Shown here one piece after another: positions 48,430-59,169 of a stretch of 64,000 nt of DNA. Source of the DNA: a candidate division FCPU426 bacterium (GTDB lineage: Bacteria; Oederibacteriota; Muellerivitia; Muellerivitales; Muellerivitaceae); contig CAVRAL010000001.1 in assembly GCA_963719085.1 (NCBI GenBank), positions 1,024,001-1,088,000 on the forward strand, in the 5' to 3' direction. Positions within the stretch are counted from its first letter, which is position 1, and each line of letters opens with the position of its first letter. Position numbers and translations under genes: made by a program. The notes under the pieces are model-generated. The model was not told where the DNA came from, did not search any database, and worked only from the letters and a program-made list of their open reading frames with translations.

Positions 48430-49233
48430 TCAAGTTAGGCCGGGGTCTCTCATTTTTTTCAGGCTCGGCCAAGCCGAGCCCTCCATAGGATGAATGTCTT
48501 TAACCTGTGAATAATTATCCAGTCCTACGCCTTTCCAGAATTCAAAATATTTATCGGTATCAAAATCATTCGCATGGCTCCAATTTTTAAGTTTGATCCT
48601 CATCTCCTCCGGGGTACGTCCATAAGCGAAATGCAGGAGACGGAGGGGAGAGACTTTCTTGTTCTGGCCCGTGTGTCTCGCGCCGATGTATCCTCCCCGG
48701 AGTCTGGTGCCAACCGGATGATGATGGTTCTCCTTGTCCACTACCAACAACTCATTTCCGATTTTTTTGTAAACAAGGATCCAATGGGCGAGAATCATCC
48801 CGGAACCGTTCCCTGAGTCAATCCACTCTTTAAATTCCTCGGGATTCAGCAGGATTTCGTCGGAATCGATTTGAATGATCCAATTGCCTTTTTGGCACAA
48901 TCCGGAAAGGTAGTTCCGTTCGTGGGTTTCGCAGGCCATGGGATCAGGAGCTGAATGAAAATCCTCCTCAACAACCCGTATCTTGCCCTCGGGGTCGAGT
49001 CGCCGAATCATCGATTGGAATTCCACGGTATCGAACTCGAATGGCTTTTTGGTGAAAGAGATCCTGTCTCGATCCAAGCCCAGAATAATCTCGTCGGCAA
49101 TGGAATAAAGAGACTTGATGACTGGAGGTAAATACTTGTAATCATAGGCAACCAACACCACAAAGCTTAAAGGCGCGACACCTTTTTGAGGATGTCCCAA
49201 CCATTTCAACCAAAGTTTAAGTTTCACCGCCAC
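48430..49233 (-). CDS. GT-A fold (family 2-like) glycosyltransferase
   Basis: WIIQIDSDE (DxD), LLHFAY. Confidence 0.65.
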   Translation of the reverse strand: MAVKLKLWLKWLGHPQKGVAPLSFVVLVAYDYKYLPPVIKSLYSIADEIILGLDRDRISFTKKPFEFDTVEFQSMIRRLDPEGKIRVVEEDFHSAPDPMACETHERNYLSGLCQKGNWIIQIDSDEILLNPEEFKEWIDSGNGSGMILAHWILVYKKIGNELLVVDKENHHHPVGTRLRGGYIGARHTGQNKKVSPLRLLHFAYGRTPEEMRIKLKNWSHANDFDTDKYFEFWKGVGLDNYSQVKDIHPMEGSAWPSLKKMRDPGLT

Positions 49234-49327
49234 CTCCTTGCACCCAATGGGAAAGACTCAAGAACTAGTTCCATTTGAATTAGGCTCCAAAAGAAACTTT
49301 GAAACGCGCAATATAAATCAACGGGAC

Positions 49328-49852
49328 TCAAGCGAAATTATGCCAGATCAACATATGAATCGCGATATATAGGAACAGGGCCATCTCAATCCCCGCCGCG
49401 ATCAATAGCAGTCGGCGCGGTTGTTTGAACTTGGTGATAAAGGAGAAGAAGACAAACCCGAAACCTAAAACAACAGTCCCAAATACTCGAAGCAGCGCGA
49501 AAAACGAGAAAAACACCCACAAAGAATGGGTATTCATACATAAAATCCTGACCGCTAGCATATACCCCTCAGCCAACGGCCCAGTTAAGGCCAACCCGAT
49601 CGCGAAGATTGAGAATAAGTTCCAAAACTTTTCATTGGACCGCAGGAAAAAAAGAGCCAAGGCTACCGGAAAGATCGATAAAAAAGTAAAGGCCCCGATG
49701 AAAAGGATCATTTCTCCGCCCGCCACCATCCCACCGGATTGGGCATTAAACTGTGAGGTGGCCAAATCATCCAAATAAGCCGCCAAGCAAGCACCGGCAA
49801 AGGCCAAAATAAACCCCGCTATAACTAAACCGATTTTCGTCATTGTTTTCAT
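49328..49852 (-). CDS. Hypothetical membrane protein (about 5 TM)
   Basis: ORF track; hydrophobicity. Confidence 0.7.
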   Translation of the reverse strand: MKTMTKIGLVIAGFILAFAGACLAAYLDDLATSQFNAQSGGMVAGGEMILFIGAFTFLSIFPVALALFFLRSNEKFWNLFSIFAIGLALTGPLAEGYMLAVRILCMNTHSLWVFFSFFALLRVFGTVVLGFGFVFFSFITKFKQPRRLLLIAAGIEMALFLYIAIHMLIWHNFA

Positions 49853-49885
49853 TGGAGCCTCATCTCGAACGATTGTTGATCTTCT

Positions 49886-50197
49886 CTATTTTTGTTTAAC
49901 CCGGCCAAACACAATCGCCAATTGAACCCCGATCAATAGCAACCCCAACCCGACAGCCCCAGCCTGCGCCAACTGCCGGATGTCAAAATCTCCGACCCTG
50001 AAAATCAAAAAGTAAGCAATCAATAAATTAAAAAGCCCCCAAAGAACATTAGACAAAGGCGAGGACAATCCTTTTCCAGGCGGTTTGCCAAAAGGCGACG
50101 GAAACTTTCGTCCGGAAACGCCATTAACGAAATGAGGAACAAAATTACCCAGAAAAGCCCCACCAAAGAAGTAAGCAACATAAACATACCATTCCAT
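49886..50197 (-). CDS. Small conserved-type membrane protein
   Basis: NFVPHFVNGVSGRKFPSPF..PPG motif; GAGGAGG RBS. Confidence 0.8.
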   Translation of the reverse strand: MEWYVYVAYFFGGAFLGNFVPHFVNGVSGRKFPSPFGKPPGKGLSSPLSNVLWGLFNLLIAYFLIFRVGDFDIRQLAQAGAVGLGLLLIGVQLAIVFGRVKQK

Positions 50198-50278
50198 AGT
50201 CTCCTCCTCAGTTTTCCGATTAGTTGAGTCTATCAAACGATTCGCGAACCATTCGACAAGCGGGCAGATCATCAAAGC

Positions 50279-50455
50279 TTAAGGTTTATAGACAAGCATC
50301 GCCTTGATGTACATGGCGATCGCTCCGACAATCCAGCCCGCGAAAAATATAGCGACTAGCTTGGTTTTTTCTTTACCACCCTTGAGCCAAAATAGGCCCA
50401 GAACGACAGCCATAACGATGGCCACCGCGATCCCCCAACTTACGAATGGATTCAT
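50279..50455 (-). CDS. 58-aa two-TM membrane protein
   Basis: Manual translation MNPFVSWGIAVAIVMAVVLGLFWLKGGKEKTKLVAIFFAGWIVGAIAMYIKAMLVYKP; GGAG RBS; not in ORF track. Confidence 0.6.
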   Translation of the reverse strand: MNPFVSWGIAVAIVMAVVLGLFWLKGGKEKTKLVAIFFAGWIVGAIAMYIKAMLVYKP

Positions 50456-50562
50456 AATGTAAGCTCCGATTTTCGAACACGACGTGTCCCTATTCCGTAC
50501 GATTTGCGAACCGTTAGATTCAAGATACGTAGATAGAAACAGTCAGTTAAAAATCACCCGGG

Positions 50563-51102
50563 TTAACTGACCCTTGAAAATGGCGAATCTTTCGGATTCA
50601 CCAAATGCTTTAAAAACCTTACGCAAAGGAACATATTCATCAGAAAACCAAATACAATTGCGAAGCTAAAAACGAGGGGCGCTATTTCAATAAACGCCCA
50701 TGTCCTTAAATTAATTTTGTTTGTGGAAAATATAGTCATAAAACCAAAAAATAATGAAAAAACAATGAAGAAAATTAAAATTGAAAATAAAATCCTCATT
50801 CCGGCCCCATCTTTGGTCTGAATAACGAATTCAGGTTTGTCCAAAGTACTTTCGACCCTCCCCATCATTTCGATTTTTTGTTGGTAACCCGAGCCCCCAT
50901 ATCTTCGATTGGTATAAGACCATCGGCTTAAAATAAAATTGTCTTTATCTTTCCAAAAAAGTCCATAACGTGCAGGAAGAGGACCAAACAGCTGTTCCTT
51001 TAATGAGATGACGTCAGGAATATCCATTTTTTCATGTTCCTTGAAGATTTTGCGACATTCCGCAAGATCGATGCTTGAATTAATCCTGAACTTTAGTGGC
51101 AT
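50563..51102 (-). CDS. AT-rich hypothetical membrane protein
   Basis: ORF track; two C-terminal TM. Confidence 0.65.
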   Translation of the reverse strand: MPLKFRINSSIDLAECRKIFKEHEKMDIPDVISLKEQLFGPLPARYGLFWKDKDNFILSRWSYTNRRYGGSGYQQKIEMMGRVESTLDKPEFVIQTKDGAGMRILFSILIFFIVFSLFFGFMTIFSTNKINLRTWAFIEIAPLVFSFAIVFGFLMNMFLCVRFLKHLVNPKDSPFSRVS

Positions 51103-51286
51103 GATTTTTTTGATCCTTCCCCGGGTTGGACTCGAACCACCCCACAGTTCGTTTGGATATGCACTATTTTAGCCCAAGAAGAAGAGAAGTATTTATAGAT
51201 TTGGAAGGGACCGCGAAATAAAAAAGGGCAATGGAATCCTTGTTGAAAGGATACCATTGCCCATCAAACGGCCAAATGAGCTATTT

Positions 51287-51850
51287 TTAGGGGCAAACCC
51301 AATCGGCGGAAATCTCCGGGGCCGAGGCGAAACTGAACACCGAACTGCTGGGGAAAGTCGCCGGGAGCAGCCCCGATCCGGGGCCGTAGGAAGCCTCGTT
51401 TGTACCCGTCGCATTGGTTAAAAGATACTCGACCGCCTGCGAGGACCCCACCGCCAGCCAATAATAACCCGCGGGCAAGTCCACCCCGCCGCCGGAAAAG
51501 TCGAGGGTCACGCCCGCGCAGGCCGTCACTTCTTGGCTGATCACCGGGCTCACCAGGGTTCCGGGCGCCGAAGTACCATCCGAATAGATGCCCACATTGA
51601 AGGTCGTTCCCGCCGATCCGCAAACATTGATCCGAATGTCGGTGACCTTCGCTTCATGCGTGAATTGGTAACGAGAGGCGTACAAGTGGTCCGTGGTGGT
51701 CGTATTGGTTCCATCCGTGCTGTTTAACCCAACGTTTCCACCGGTACAGGGAGCGGGGCCGGACGGCGAGGAACCGCAACCCAGGTTGGTAAGAATCGAA
51801 GCTAAAATAATGGGGCAAGCGAACAAAAGCGTGAATACTAAATTTTTCAT
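51287..51850 (-). CDS. Hypothetical lipoprotein/secreted beta protein
   Basis: Signal peptide with NLGC; GGAGG RBS; LPAGYYWLAV. Confidence 0.7.
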   Translation of the reverse strand: MKNLVFTLLFACPIILASILTNLGCGSSPSGPAPCTGGNVGLNSTDGTNTTTTDHLYASRYQFTHEAKVTDIRINVCGSAGTTFNVGIYSDGTSAPGTLVSPVISQEVTACAGVTLDFSGGGVDLPAGYYWLAVGSSQAVEYLLTNATGTNEASYGPGSGLLPATFPSSSVFSFASAPEISADWVCP

Positions 51851-51880
51851 GGATTTAGTTCCTCCCTATTTTCAATCCAA

Positions 51881-53707
51881 CTATTCCGGCAGCGTCACAT
51901 CAGCGAAGTTATCCATCAACCGTTCCCTGACCATCTTTTCAAGCATGTCCTCGGCCTTGGCCAAGGGCGCTTGGATTTGTTTCTCGGCGGCATAGCGGCG
52001 CCAAGTGATGGTCTCGTCTTTCACCTCGTTGGCCCCGACGATCCAGATATTGGGAATCTTTCGGGTGATGGCGTTGCGCACCTTTTTCGAGAAAGAATCG
52101 TTGGAAAAATCGACCTCGGCCCGAATCAACCGCGAGTCCAATTCGGCTTTGATCTTTTCGGCATAGGGCAAAAAATCCTCGGCGACCGGAACCACTCTCA
52201 CTTGAGTCGGCGACATCCAGGTCGGGAAAGCCCCGCCCCAACGCTCGATCAAGAATGAAATGAACCGCTCATGGGTGCCCAAAGGCGCCCGGTGAATAAT
52301 GAAGGGTCTTTGCTTGGAGCCGTCCGAAGCCGTGTATTCCAACTCGAAGCGCTCGGGAGAAGTGAAGTCGAGCTGAACGGTCGCCGCCGTCTCTTCCCGG
52401 CCCAGCACATTCTCGGTCTGGTAGTCGATCTTGGGGCCGTAAAAGGCCGCCTCGCCCGCCACTTCCTCGTATTCCACATTCAATTCTTTCAGCACTTCCC
52501 GAAGGATATTTTCGGTGCGGATCCAAAGCGGCTCATTTTCCCCGAACTTGTCCTTGTCCTTGTCATGGAGCGAAAGCCTTACCCAGATCTTGTCCATGCG
52601 GAACTTGCTGAAATAAAACTGGTGCATGGCCACGACTTTTTTGATCTCAGATTTAATCTGGTCCTCGGTGCAATAGATGTGGGCGTCGTTCATGGCCAAC
52701 CCCCGCACGCGAAGAAGCCCGGCCAATTGGCCTGATTTCTCGAAACGGTACACCGTGCCGTATTCGGCCAAACGCAGGGGAAGCTCCCGGTAGCTGCGGG
52801 GGCGGGCCAGGTAAATCATGTGGTGATGGGGGCAATTCATGGGCTTCAAGTAAAATTCTTCGGGAGGCGAATCTGGGTCTTTTTCCACGCTTCGCATGGG
52901 CGGGAACATTCCCTCTTTATAAAGCTTGAGATGGCCCGAGAGTTTGTACAGGTCTCCATTGGCGATATGGGGCGTGGCTACGCGGACATAGCCGTCCCGG
53001 AACTCGGTTTCCTTGGCGAAGGCTTCCAATTCCTCACGGATCACGGTCCCGTTAGGAAGCCAAAGGGGTAATCCCTTCCCCACCCGCTCATCAATGGTGA
53101 AAAGTTCAAGCTCTTGACCCAGCTTGCGGTGGTCGCGCTTCAAGGCCAGTTCCCGGTCCTTGACGAATTGTTTCAGTTCCGCCTCAGTGGGAAAAGCCAG
53201 GCCGTAAATGCGGGTCAGCATGGGATTCTTGGAATCTCCCCGCCAGTAACTGCCGGCGATGGAATCAAGCTTAAAACCCATCAGGGGAATCTTGGAGGTA
53301 TCCGCGACGTGGGGGCCTTCGCACATATCCACAAAGGGGCCGCTGGAATAAAAACTGAGGTTTTCCCCCTCGGCAATTAATTCTTTGGCGTATTCGGTCT
53401 TCAGGCTTTGGCCCATGCCGTCCAGTTTCTTGAGGGCTTCATCCTTGGGCAGGTCTTCACGCTTGAACTCTTGTTTTTCCTGGATGATTTTACGCATGCG
53501 TTTTTCGAGGTCGGGGAAATCGGCTTCGGTGAGGGGTTCTTCCAATAAAAAGTCGTAATAAAAACCCGTACGGATGGGGGGGCCAAATCCTAATTGAGCC
53601 TTGGGCCTTATCTGTAAAACGGCCTCGGCCAGGATATGGGCCATGGAATGGCGTATCTTGAAAAGCGTCTCATCCATTCTATGTTTTGGTTCGTATTTTT
53701 CGGACAT
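51881..53707 (-). CDS. thrS: Threonyl-tRNA synthetase (short form lacking TGS domain)
   Basis: RHSMAH, DMCEGPH, RDHRKLG, KPMNCP, AFYGPKID. Confidence 0.97.
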   Translation of the reverse strand: MSEKYEPKHRMDETLFKIRHSMAHILAEAVLQIRPKAQLGFGPPIRTGFYYDFLLEEPLTEADFPDLEKRMRKIIQEKQEFKREDLPKDEALKKLDGMGQSLKTEYAKELIAEGENLSFYSSGPFVDMCEGPHVADTSKIPLMGFKLDSIAGSYWRGDSKNPMLTRIYGLAFPTEAELKQFVKDRELALKRDHRKLGQELELFTIDERVGKGLPLWLPNGTVIREELEAFAKETEFRDGYVRVATPHIANGDLYKLSGHLKLYKEGMFPPMRSVEKDPDSPPEEFYLKPMNCPHHHMIYLARPRSYRELPLRLAEYGTVYRFEKSGQLAGLLRVRGLAMNDAHIYCTEDQIKSEIKKVVAMHQFYFSKFRMDKIWVRLSLHDKDKDKFGENEPLWIRTENILREVLKELNVEYEEVAGEAAFYGPKIDYQTENVLGREETAATVQLDFTSPERFELEYTASDGSKQRPFIIHRAPLGTHERFISFLIERWGGAFPTWMSPTQVRVVPVAEDFLPYAEKIKAELDSRLIRAEVDFSNDSFSKKVRNAITRKIPNIWIVGANEVKDETITWRRYAAEKQIQAPLAKAEDMLEKMVRERLMDNFADVTLPE

Positions 53708-53748
53708 GATGGTTCCAAATCGACTAGCGGTGAATCGGCCGGGAAAAA

Positions 53749-53825
53749 TGGTGGGCGTAACTGGACTCGAACCAGTGACCCCTTCCATGTCAAGGAAGTA
53801 CTCTAACCAACTGAGCTATACGCCC
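53749..53825 (-). tRNA. tRNA-Val(GAC)
   Basis: Cloverleaf GGGCGTA...CTTCC-TTGACAT-GGAAG...TTCGAG...TACGCCCACCA. Confidence 0.97.
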
Positions 53826-53909
53826 CGGAATCTAAAAAAGAAGCCAACAGCAGACCGAATTGTAGGGGGGCTTCCGAATCTGTCAAGTTGACCGGAGTCA
53901 CCCCAACGC

Positions 53910-54584
53910 CTACTCGGGGAAAATTTTCTCCATTAAACGGCCCAACTCGCTGAACTTTTCCTGGTAATCCTCTTGGCTGAGCCGGATCACCTGATGGGCC
54001 TCTTCCCGGCCATAAGTATGCACAATATCGGTTTGTCCCTTGTGCATGGTGGGAAAGTCCTTGTAGGTAAGGAAGTAATGGCGCAAACGGTCGACCAGGT
54101 TATGCGGGCAATCGCTGATGTCGTTCCATTCGCCATAGACCAGGTCGCTTTTCAGCACCGCGATGATTTTGTCGTCCGCTTCCCCATTGTCAATCATGCG
54201 GAGGCCCCCGATAGGTTTGGCCTCCACCAGGATGTCGCTCTTAAAAATCGGCCGCTCCGAAAGCACGCAGATATCCAGCGGATCCGTATCCCCGTCCATC
54301 TTGGAGATTCCGGCTTTTTGGGCGAAGTAGGCGGATACCCGGGGTCCGCAATAGGTCCGGGGAATGAAACCGTAAAGCGAGGGGCATTGGCTGGAAAAGG
54401 CCTGGGGCCGGTCCACCCGGAGGAATCCGGTATTTTTGTCCACCTCATACTTCACGTTGTCCGTGGGCGTGATTTCGATGTAAGCGTTCACGAAACGCGG
54501 CGCTTCATAACCGATATCCAGGCCGTGCCAGGGATGATGTTTGAATAAAAGCCGCGCGTATTTTCCGAATAATTGATCTGACAT
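53910..54584 (-). CDS. ppa: Inorganic pyrophosphatase (family I)
   Basis: HPWHG, KYEVDK, YGFIPRT, DGDTDPLD, DDKIIAV. Confidence 0.95.
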   Translation of the reverse strand: MSDQLFGKYARLLFKHHPWHGLDIGYEAPRFVNAYIEITPTDNVKYEVDKNTGFLRVDRPQAFSSQCPSLYGFIPRTYCGPRVSAYFAQKAGISKMDGDTDPLDICVLSERPIFKSDILVEAKPIGGLRMIDNGEADDKIIAVLKSDLVYGEWNDISDCPHNLVDRLRHYFLTYKDFPTMHKGQTDIVHTYGREEAHQVIRLSQEDYQEKFSELGRLMEKIFPE

Positions 54585-54649
54585 AAAATCCTCCAACCCC
54601 CCGCAGAAAAGTGCCTGATTCTACCGAACTCAAGGCCTCTGTCTAGTTT

Positions 54650-55207
54650 TTATTTCGCCTTCGCTTCCCCAAGTAAAGCCTTCACCCGGCTAAAAAGCGG
54701 CAAGCCCGCGTCCTTCGCCGACAAGACCGGGTTTTGTACCGGCCATTTGATTCCAAGCTCCGGGTCGTTCCACAAAATCCCGATTTCGTCCTTCGGGTCG
54801 TAATAATCCGTGCACTTATACTCGATCTCCGCCACCGGGCTCAGCACACAAAACCCGTGAAAAAAACCCGGCGGTAGATAAAGCGCCTGAAAGTCGGAGT
54901 CCTTCAAGCTGCAGCCAAACCACTTCCCGTAAGCGGGTGAACTTGGGCGGGCGTCCACGGCCACGTCATAAATTTCCCCGAGAGCCACCCGGACAAATTT
55001 GCCCTGGGGCTTTTGAAGCTGGGCGTGAAGCCCGCGAAGTACGCCCTGCTGGGAGCGGGAACGGTTGTCCTGCAAAAACCTCTCCGTGATCCCCAATCCC
55101 GCCAAACGGCTCTCATGATAATTCTCGACGAAATAACCCCGGTCATCGCCATGACGCGTCAATTGGATCAGTTTAAGCCCCGGCAAAGGTTCTTGAAGCA
55201 GACGCAT
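54650..55207 (-). CDS. rmlC: dTDP-4-dehydrorhamnose 3,5-epimerase
   Basis: DDRGYF, VLRGLH, GFFHGF. Confidence 0.96.
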   Translation of the reverse strand: MRLLQEPLPGLKLIQLTRHGDDRGYFVENYHESRLAGLGITERFLQDNRSRSQQGVLRGLHAQLQKPQGKFVRVALGEIYDVAVDARPSSPAYGKWFGCSLKDSDFQALYLPPGFFHGFCVLSPVAEIEYKCTDYYDPKDEIGILWNDPELGIKWPVQNPVLSAKDAGLPLFSRVKALLGEAKAK

Positions 55208-55214
55208 GGCCCGT

Positions 55215-56075
55215 TCACCCCAAAAGTGATTTTAAATAATCCCCATAGGATCCCGGATAGTTCTCGGCGATCGTTTTAAACTCGTCCCGGCTCAAGAATT
55301 TTTGCTTGTAGGCGATCTCTTCCAAGCAGGCCACCCGCAATCCCTGCCGTTCCTCGATGGCTTGAATGAAGGTGGAAGCCTGCAGCAGCGACTCCGGCGT
55401 CCCCGTATCCAGCCAGGCGATTCCCCGGCCCAAGGTCAAAACCCCCATTTTTTTGCGCCGCATATACTCAAGATTCACATCCGTGATCTCCAACTCCCCG
55501 CGCTTGGAAGGTTTCAACCCGCCCGCGATCTTCACCACGTCTTTGTCATAAAAATAAATTCCGGGGACCGCGTAGGACGATTTAGGCTTCGCGGGTTTTT
55601 CCTCAATCCCGACCACCCCGCCCTTCCCGTCAAACTCGATCACCCCATAACGCTCGGGGTCCCGGACAAAATAAGCGAAGATCATGGCCCCATCGGTCAG
55701 CTTGGCGCCTTCCTGCAAATGCTGGGTCAAACCCTGTCCGTAAAAGATGTTGTCGCCCAGCACCAGGGCCACCGGCTCATTCTGGATAAAATCCTTGCCG
55801 ATCAAAAAGGCTTGGGCGATGCCGGCGGGTTTTTCTTGGACCGCGTACCGCATCCGGACCCCCACGGAGGACCCATCGCCAAAGAGCCGTTTGAACCCGG
55901 CGATGTCGTCGGGCGTGCTGATGAGTAAAATATCCCGAATGCCGGCCAGCATCAAAACTGAAAGCGGGTAATACACCATCGGTTTGTTATAAACCGGAAG
56001 CAGCTGTTTGCTGACCGACCGCGTAATGGGATGGAGCCTGGTTCCGCTCCCCCCCGCCAAAAGAATGCCTCTCAT
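55215..56075 (-). CDS. rmlA: Glucose-1-phosphate thymidylyltransferase
   Basis: [26 protein letters not shown]. Confidence 0.97.
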   Translation of the reverse strand: MRGILLAGGSGTRLHPITRSVSKQLLPVYNKPMVYYPLSVLMLAGIRDILLISTPDDIAGFKRLFGDGSSVGVRMRYAVQEKPAGIAQAFLIGKDFIQNEPVALVLGDNIFYGQGLTQHLQEGAKLTDGAMIFAYFVRDPERYGVIEFDGKGGVVGIEEKPAKPKSSYAVPGIYFYDKDVVKIAGGLKPSKRGELEITDVNLEYMRRKKMGVLTLGRGIAWLDTGTPESLLQASTFIQAIEERQGLRVACLEEIAYKQKFLSRDEFKTIAENYPGSYGDYLKSLLG

Positions 56076-57169
56076 TTTTCGCCCCCCGCCAATCCCAGCC
56101 TTTGCCGGTTATATTTTCCCGTCTGGACCTTCGCGCACCAAACCCGGTTCAGTAGATACCACCGGACCGTTTCCCGGATGCCTTCCTTAAATCCATGCTT
56201 GGGCTTCCATCCCAGTTCCCGCTTGATCTTGGAAGCGTCGATGGCGTAACGGCGGTCATGGCCGGGCCGATCCTTCACGAAGATCTTCAATTGGTCGTAA
56301 TGCTTGACCGCCTTCGCTTTCAACACCGGGTTTTGCCCGGGCGGCACCGCTTCTTCCAAACACCGGCAGATGGTATCGACCACTTGCAGGTTGGTCTTCT
56401 CGCTGTGGCCTCCCACATTATACTTTTCGCCGGGCTTTCCCCGGGTTAATACGGTCCAAAGGGCCTCGCAATGGTCGCCCACATAAAGCCAATCCCGCAC
56501 ATTCAAACCATCCCCATAAATGGGCAGGGCCTTGCCTTCCAAGGCGTTTAAAAGGGTCAGGGGAATCAGTTTCTCCGGATATTGGTAGGGACCGTAATTG
56601 TTCGAGCAATTGGTCATCAAGACCGGAAGCCCGAAGGTCTCGAAATAGGCCCGGCTCAAATGATCGGCACCCGCCTTGGTGGCCGAATAGGGTGAATTGG
56701 GTTGATAGGGCGTCTCTTCTTTAAACAGACCCTTCGGTCCCAGGCTTCCGTAAACTTCATCCGTTGAGATTTGTAAAAACCGAAAACCCTTGGCTTTTTT
56801 CTTGGCCAAAGCCCCCCAGTAACGGCGGCTTTCTTCCAAAAGTTCAAAGGCGCCTAAAACATTCGTCCTCACGAAAACCCGGGGCCCCTCGATCGACCGG
56901 TCCACGTGGCTTTCCGCGGCGAAGTTGACGACAAAGTCCGGCCGAGCGGCCAGAAAAGCTTTCCGCACCATCACCGGATCGGCGATATCGCCCTTGATCA
57001 TTTGAAAGCGCTTATTCCCCAAAACATCCCGCAGGGTCAAAAGATTCCCCGCGTAGGTCAGTTTGTCCAATACGGTCACCCGGACATCTTGGCCCTTGCC
57101 CAAGGCGGTCCTCACGAAGTTCGAACCGATAAACCCGGCCCCCCCCGTCACCAAAATGGAAGTCATCAC
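56072..57169 (-). CDS. rmlB: dTDP-glucose 4,6-dehydratase
   Basis: [29 protein letters not shown]. Confidence 0.97.
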   Translation of the reverse strand: MMTSILVTGGAGFIGSNFVRTALGKGQDVRVTVLDKLTYAGNLLTLRDVLGNKRFQMIKGDIADPVMVRKAFLAARPDFVVNFAAESHVDRSIEGPRVFVRTNVLGAFELLEESRRYWGALAKKKAKGFRFLQISTDEVYGSLGPKGLFKEETPYQPNSPYSATKAGADHLSRAYFETFGLPVLMTNCSNNYGPYQYPEKLIPLTLLNALEGKALPIYGDGLNVRDWLYVGDHCEALWTVLTRGKPGEKYNVGGHSEKTNLQVVDTICRCLEEAVPPGQNPVLKAKAVKHYDQLKIFVKDRPGHDRRYAIDASKIKRELGWKPKHGFKEGIRETVRWYLLNRVWCAKVQTGKYNRQRLGLAGGEK

Positions 57170-57190
57170 GCCCCCTTGATCAAAACGATT

Positions 57191-58777
57191 TTACAGGTTA
57201 ACACTGGAACCGGTTTGATGCGCTGGTTTCAATAGGTCAAAAACGGTCTTCACCGGGTTAAACGTGGCCAAGGGCACTTCCACGAAAAGGGTTGTCCAGC
57301 CCGCCATGGCGCCGTTCCAAAGCCCGGGAAGTTCCAAGGCCTTTAACTCCCGCCCCTGATGGGATTTGCGGCTGATAAAGACCGCTTTCTCGTCCACATA
57401 GTCCGCCAACGAATAAGGTTTTCCACGCCGATCGGAGACGGCGCAAACCAAGTCCACCGGATTGAAATGCGTGGATTCGCGGAAAAGCGCGGCCTGGGCC
57501 TCGGAGTCGGGATCGACTTGGGACCCTTCCACGATTTGAAGCGACTCCCCGCTCCCGGGGCCTTTGACCCAAAAAGGACCGCCGCCCGGCTCTCCCGTGT
57601 TCGGGACGACACCGCAAACCCGCATCGGACGATCCAACAGTTTTTGAAGCCACTTCACTTTTTCCGGCTCGTCCTTTTTCGCGAATGTGTCGGGCACTTT
57701 GACCCACAAAACCTCCCGGACAAATTCAGCCATTTCCCGAAGCGACGCCTCGGAAACGTTGCCCTCGTCCAAACGGCGCAGAAACTCAAAAACCCTCCCC
57801 TGGGTTTCGAGCAGGTAACCCGCCAAAAGCTTTTTCCATTCGATGGTGGGTTCCAGAAATTTCTCGATCACCACATTGTCGATGTTCTTAATGAACACGA
57901 TGTCGGCGCCCAGCTGGTCGAGGTTTTTTAAAAGCGCCCCATGACCCGCCGGCCTAAAAACCAGCCGGCCTTCCTTATCCCGGAAGGGCTCATTATTTAA
58001 ATCCACCGCGACCGTTTGATAAGACTTTTCCTGTTCGGAAAAACCGACTTGAAACCGGGCGCCCATGGGTTTCTCAAGGGCTTGGGTCAATTCCGCGACC
58101 CGCTTCTCGTAAGCGGCGCGGTGTTCGGGAGACACCGTAAAATGGATCCGGCAAACACCTTGGGCGTCCTTCAAATAATGGACGCCTTCCCGCAAATGCT
58201 CTTCCAGCGCCGTCCTGGGCCCCTCCGGATGGCCGTGAAATTGGATAAGGCCTTTGGAAGCCAGGCCATAACCCAATCCTTCCTCCGACAAAAGCGATTC
58301 CCAAACGGGGCCGTACTCGCCTTGCTTCAACAGCGCGTCGAGGTCTTTTCCCCGCGATTGGAGTTGTCGCTTGAGATCGCCGTAAAAAGCCACACGGGGC
58401 AGCGAATCCATGAAAAACAACAGGCTCAAGGCTTCGGCGTCGCCCAAAGCGGACTTGGCTTGAAGCTCCGCGCGCCGCGCGCAGCCTTCCTTCAAAAATT
58501 TTAAGAACGATTGGAACATGCGGGTCGCCGCGCCGGAGGCCGGGACAAATTTCGAAAGCCTTCCCTGGTCCCGGGCGACGCCGTAAGAAGCCAAGAGCCC
58601 CGGCTTTTGCGGGTCCTCGATTTTATGGATTCCATCGGATAGGACCGCCGGGCGCGCCAAAACGGCGAAAGGGGGTGGATTTTTAAAAAGGGATATCTGC
58701 CGTTCCACCTCGGCGGGCGGAAGCGCAAGTTGTCTCATTTGCTCGAAGTCGGAAGCGGACCAGGAATGGGGGCTCAT
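57191..58777 (-). CDS. DUF4301-family protein (nucleotidyltransferase-like)
   Basis: KFVPASGAATRMF, FRPAGHGAL, GEPGGGPFW, THFNPVD, ELPGLWNGAM. Confidence 0.9.
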   Translation of the reverse strand: MSPHSWSASDFEQMRQLALPPAEVERQISLFKNPPPFAVLARPAVLSDGIHKIEDPQKPGLLASYGVARDQGRLSKFVPASGAATRMFQSFLKFLKEGCARRAELQAKSALGDAEALSLLFFMDSLPRVAFYGDLKRQLQSRGKDLDALLKQGEYGPVWESLLSEEGLGYGLASKGLIQFHGHPEGPRTALEEHLREGVHYLKDAQGVCRIHFTVSPEHRAAYEKRVAELTQALEKPMGARFQVGFSEQEKSYQTVAVDLNNEPFRDKEGRLVFRPAGHGALLKNLDQLGADIVFIKNIDNVVIEKFLEPTIEWKKLLAGYLLETQGRVFEFLRRLDEGNVSEASLREMAEFVREVLWVKVPDTFAKKDEPEKVKWLQKLLDRPMRVCGVVPNTGEPGGGPFWVKGPGSGESLQIVEGSQVDPDSEAQAALFRESTHFNPVDLVCAVSDRRGKPYSLADYVDEKAVFISRKSHQGRELKALELPGLWNGAMAGWTTLFVEVPLATFNPVKTVFDLLKPAHQTGSSVNL

Positions 58778-58811
58778 GACTGGGCCCCTCGGGAAGAAAA
58801 AGGAAAAGAAA

Positions 58812-58887
58812 TGGAGGCGGCAGGCGGATTTGAACCGCCGAATCGCGGTTTTGCAGACCGCTCCCTTAACCACTTGGGTATGCCGCC
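58812..58887 (-). tRNA. tRNA-Cys(GCA)
   Basis: GGCGGCA...GCGGT-CTGCAAA-ACCGC...TGCCGCCTCCA. Confidence 0.97.
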
Positions 58888-58979
58888 CAAAAAACCAAAA
58901 TCTTCCGGCGCTAAAAATGAATCAAAACCCTCGGGAACCAATTTTTTAAATTCGGGGGGGTTTGAAAAAAACAAAAAAA

Positions 58980-59054
<75 letters not shown>

Positions 59055-59088
59055 GTTTTTCACGAATGAATCTCTCGAAACGGAGCGG

Positions 59089-59117
59089 ATTATACTGATC
59101 GCTAAGGCAGGAGTCAA
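59089..59117 (-). promoter_or_regulatory. Sigma70 promoter of tRNA-Gly/Cys
   Basis: TTGACT-17 nt-TATAAT. Confidence 0.8.
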
Positions 59118-59169
59118 TTGGGGAAATAAGGCAACGCGACCCACCTTCCCCACAGACGCGAACCCCATA

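Noticed and set aside
53708..53788. ORF-track N-terminal extensions of thrS (and of DUF4301 at 58778-58873)
   Set aside because: They run through tRNA genes; true starts are downstream
54650..57169. rmlBAC without rmlD
   Set aside because: rmlD is often encoded elsewhere; not unusual
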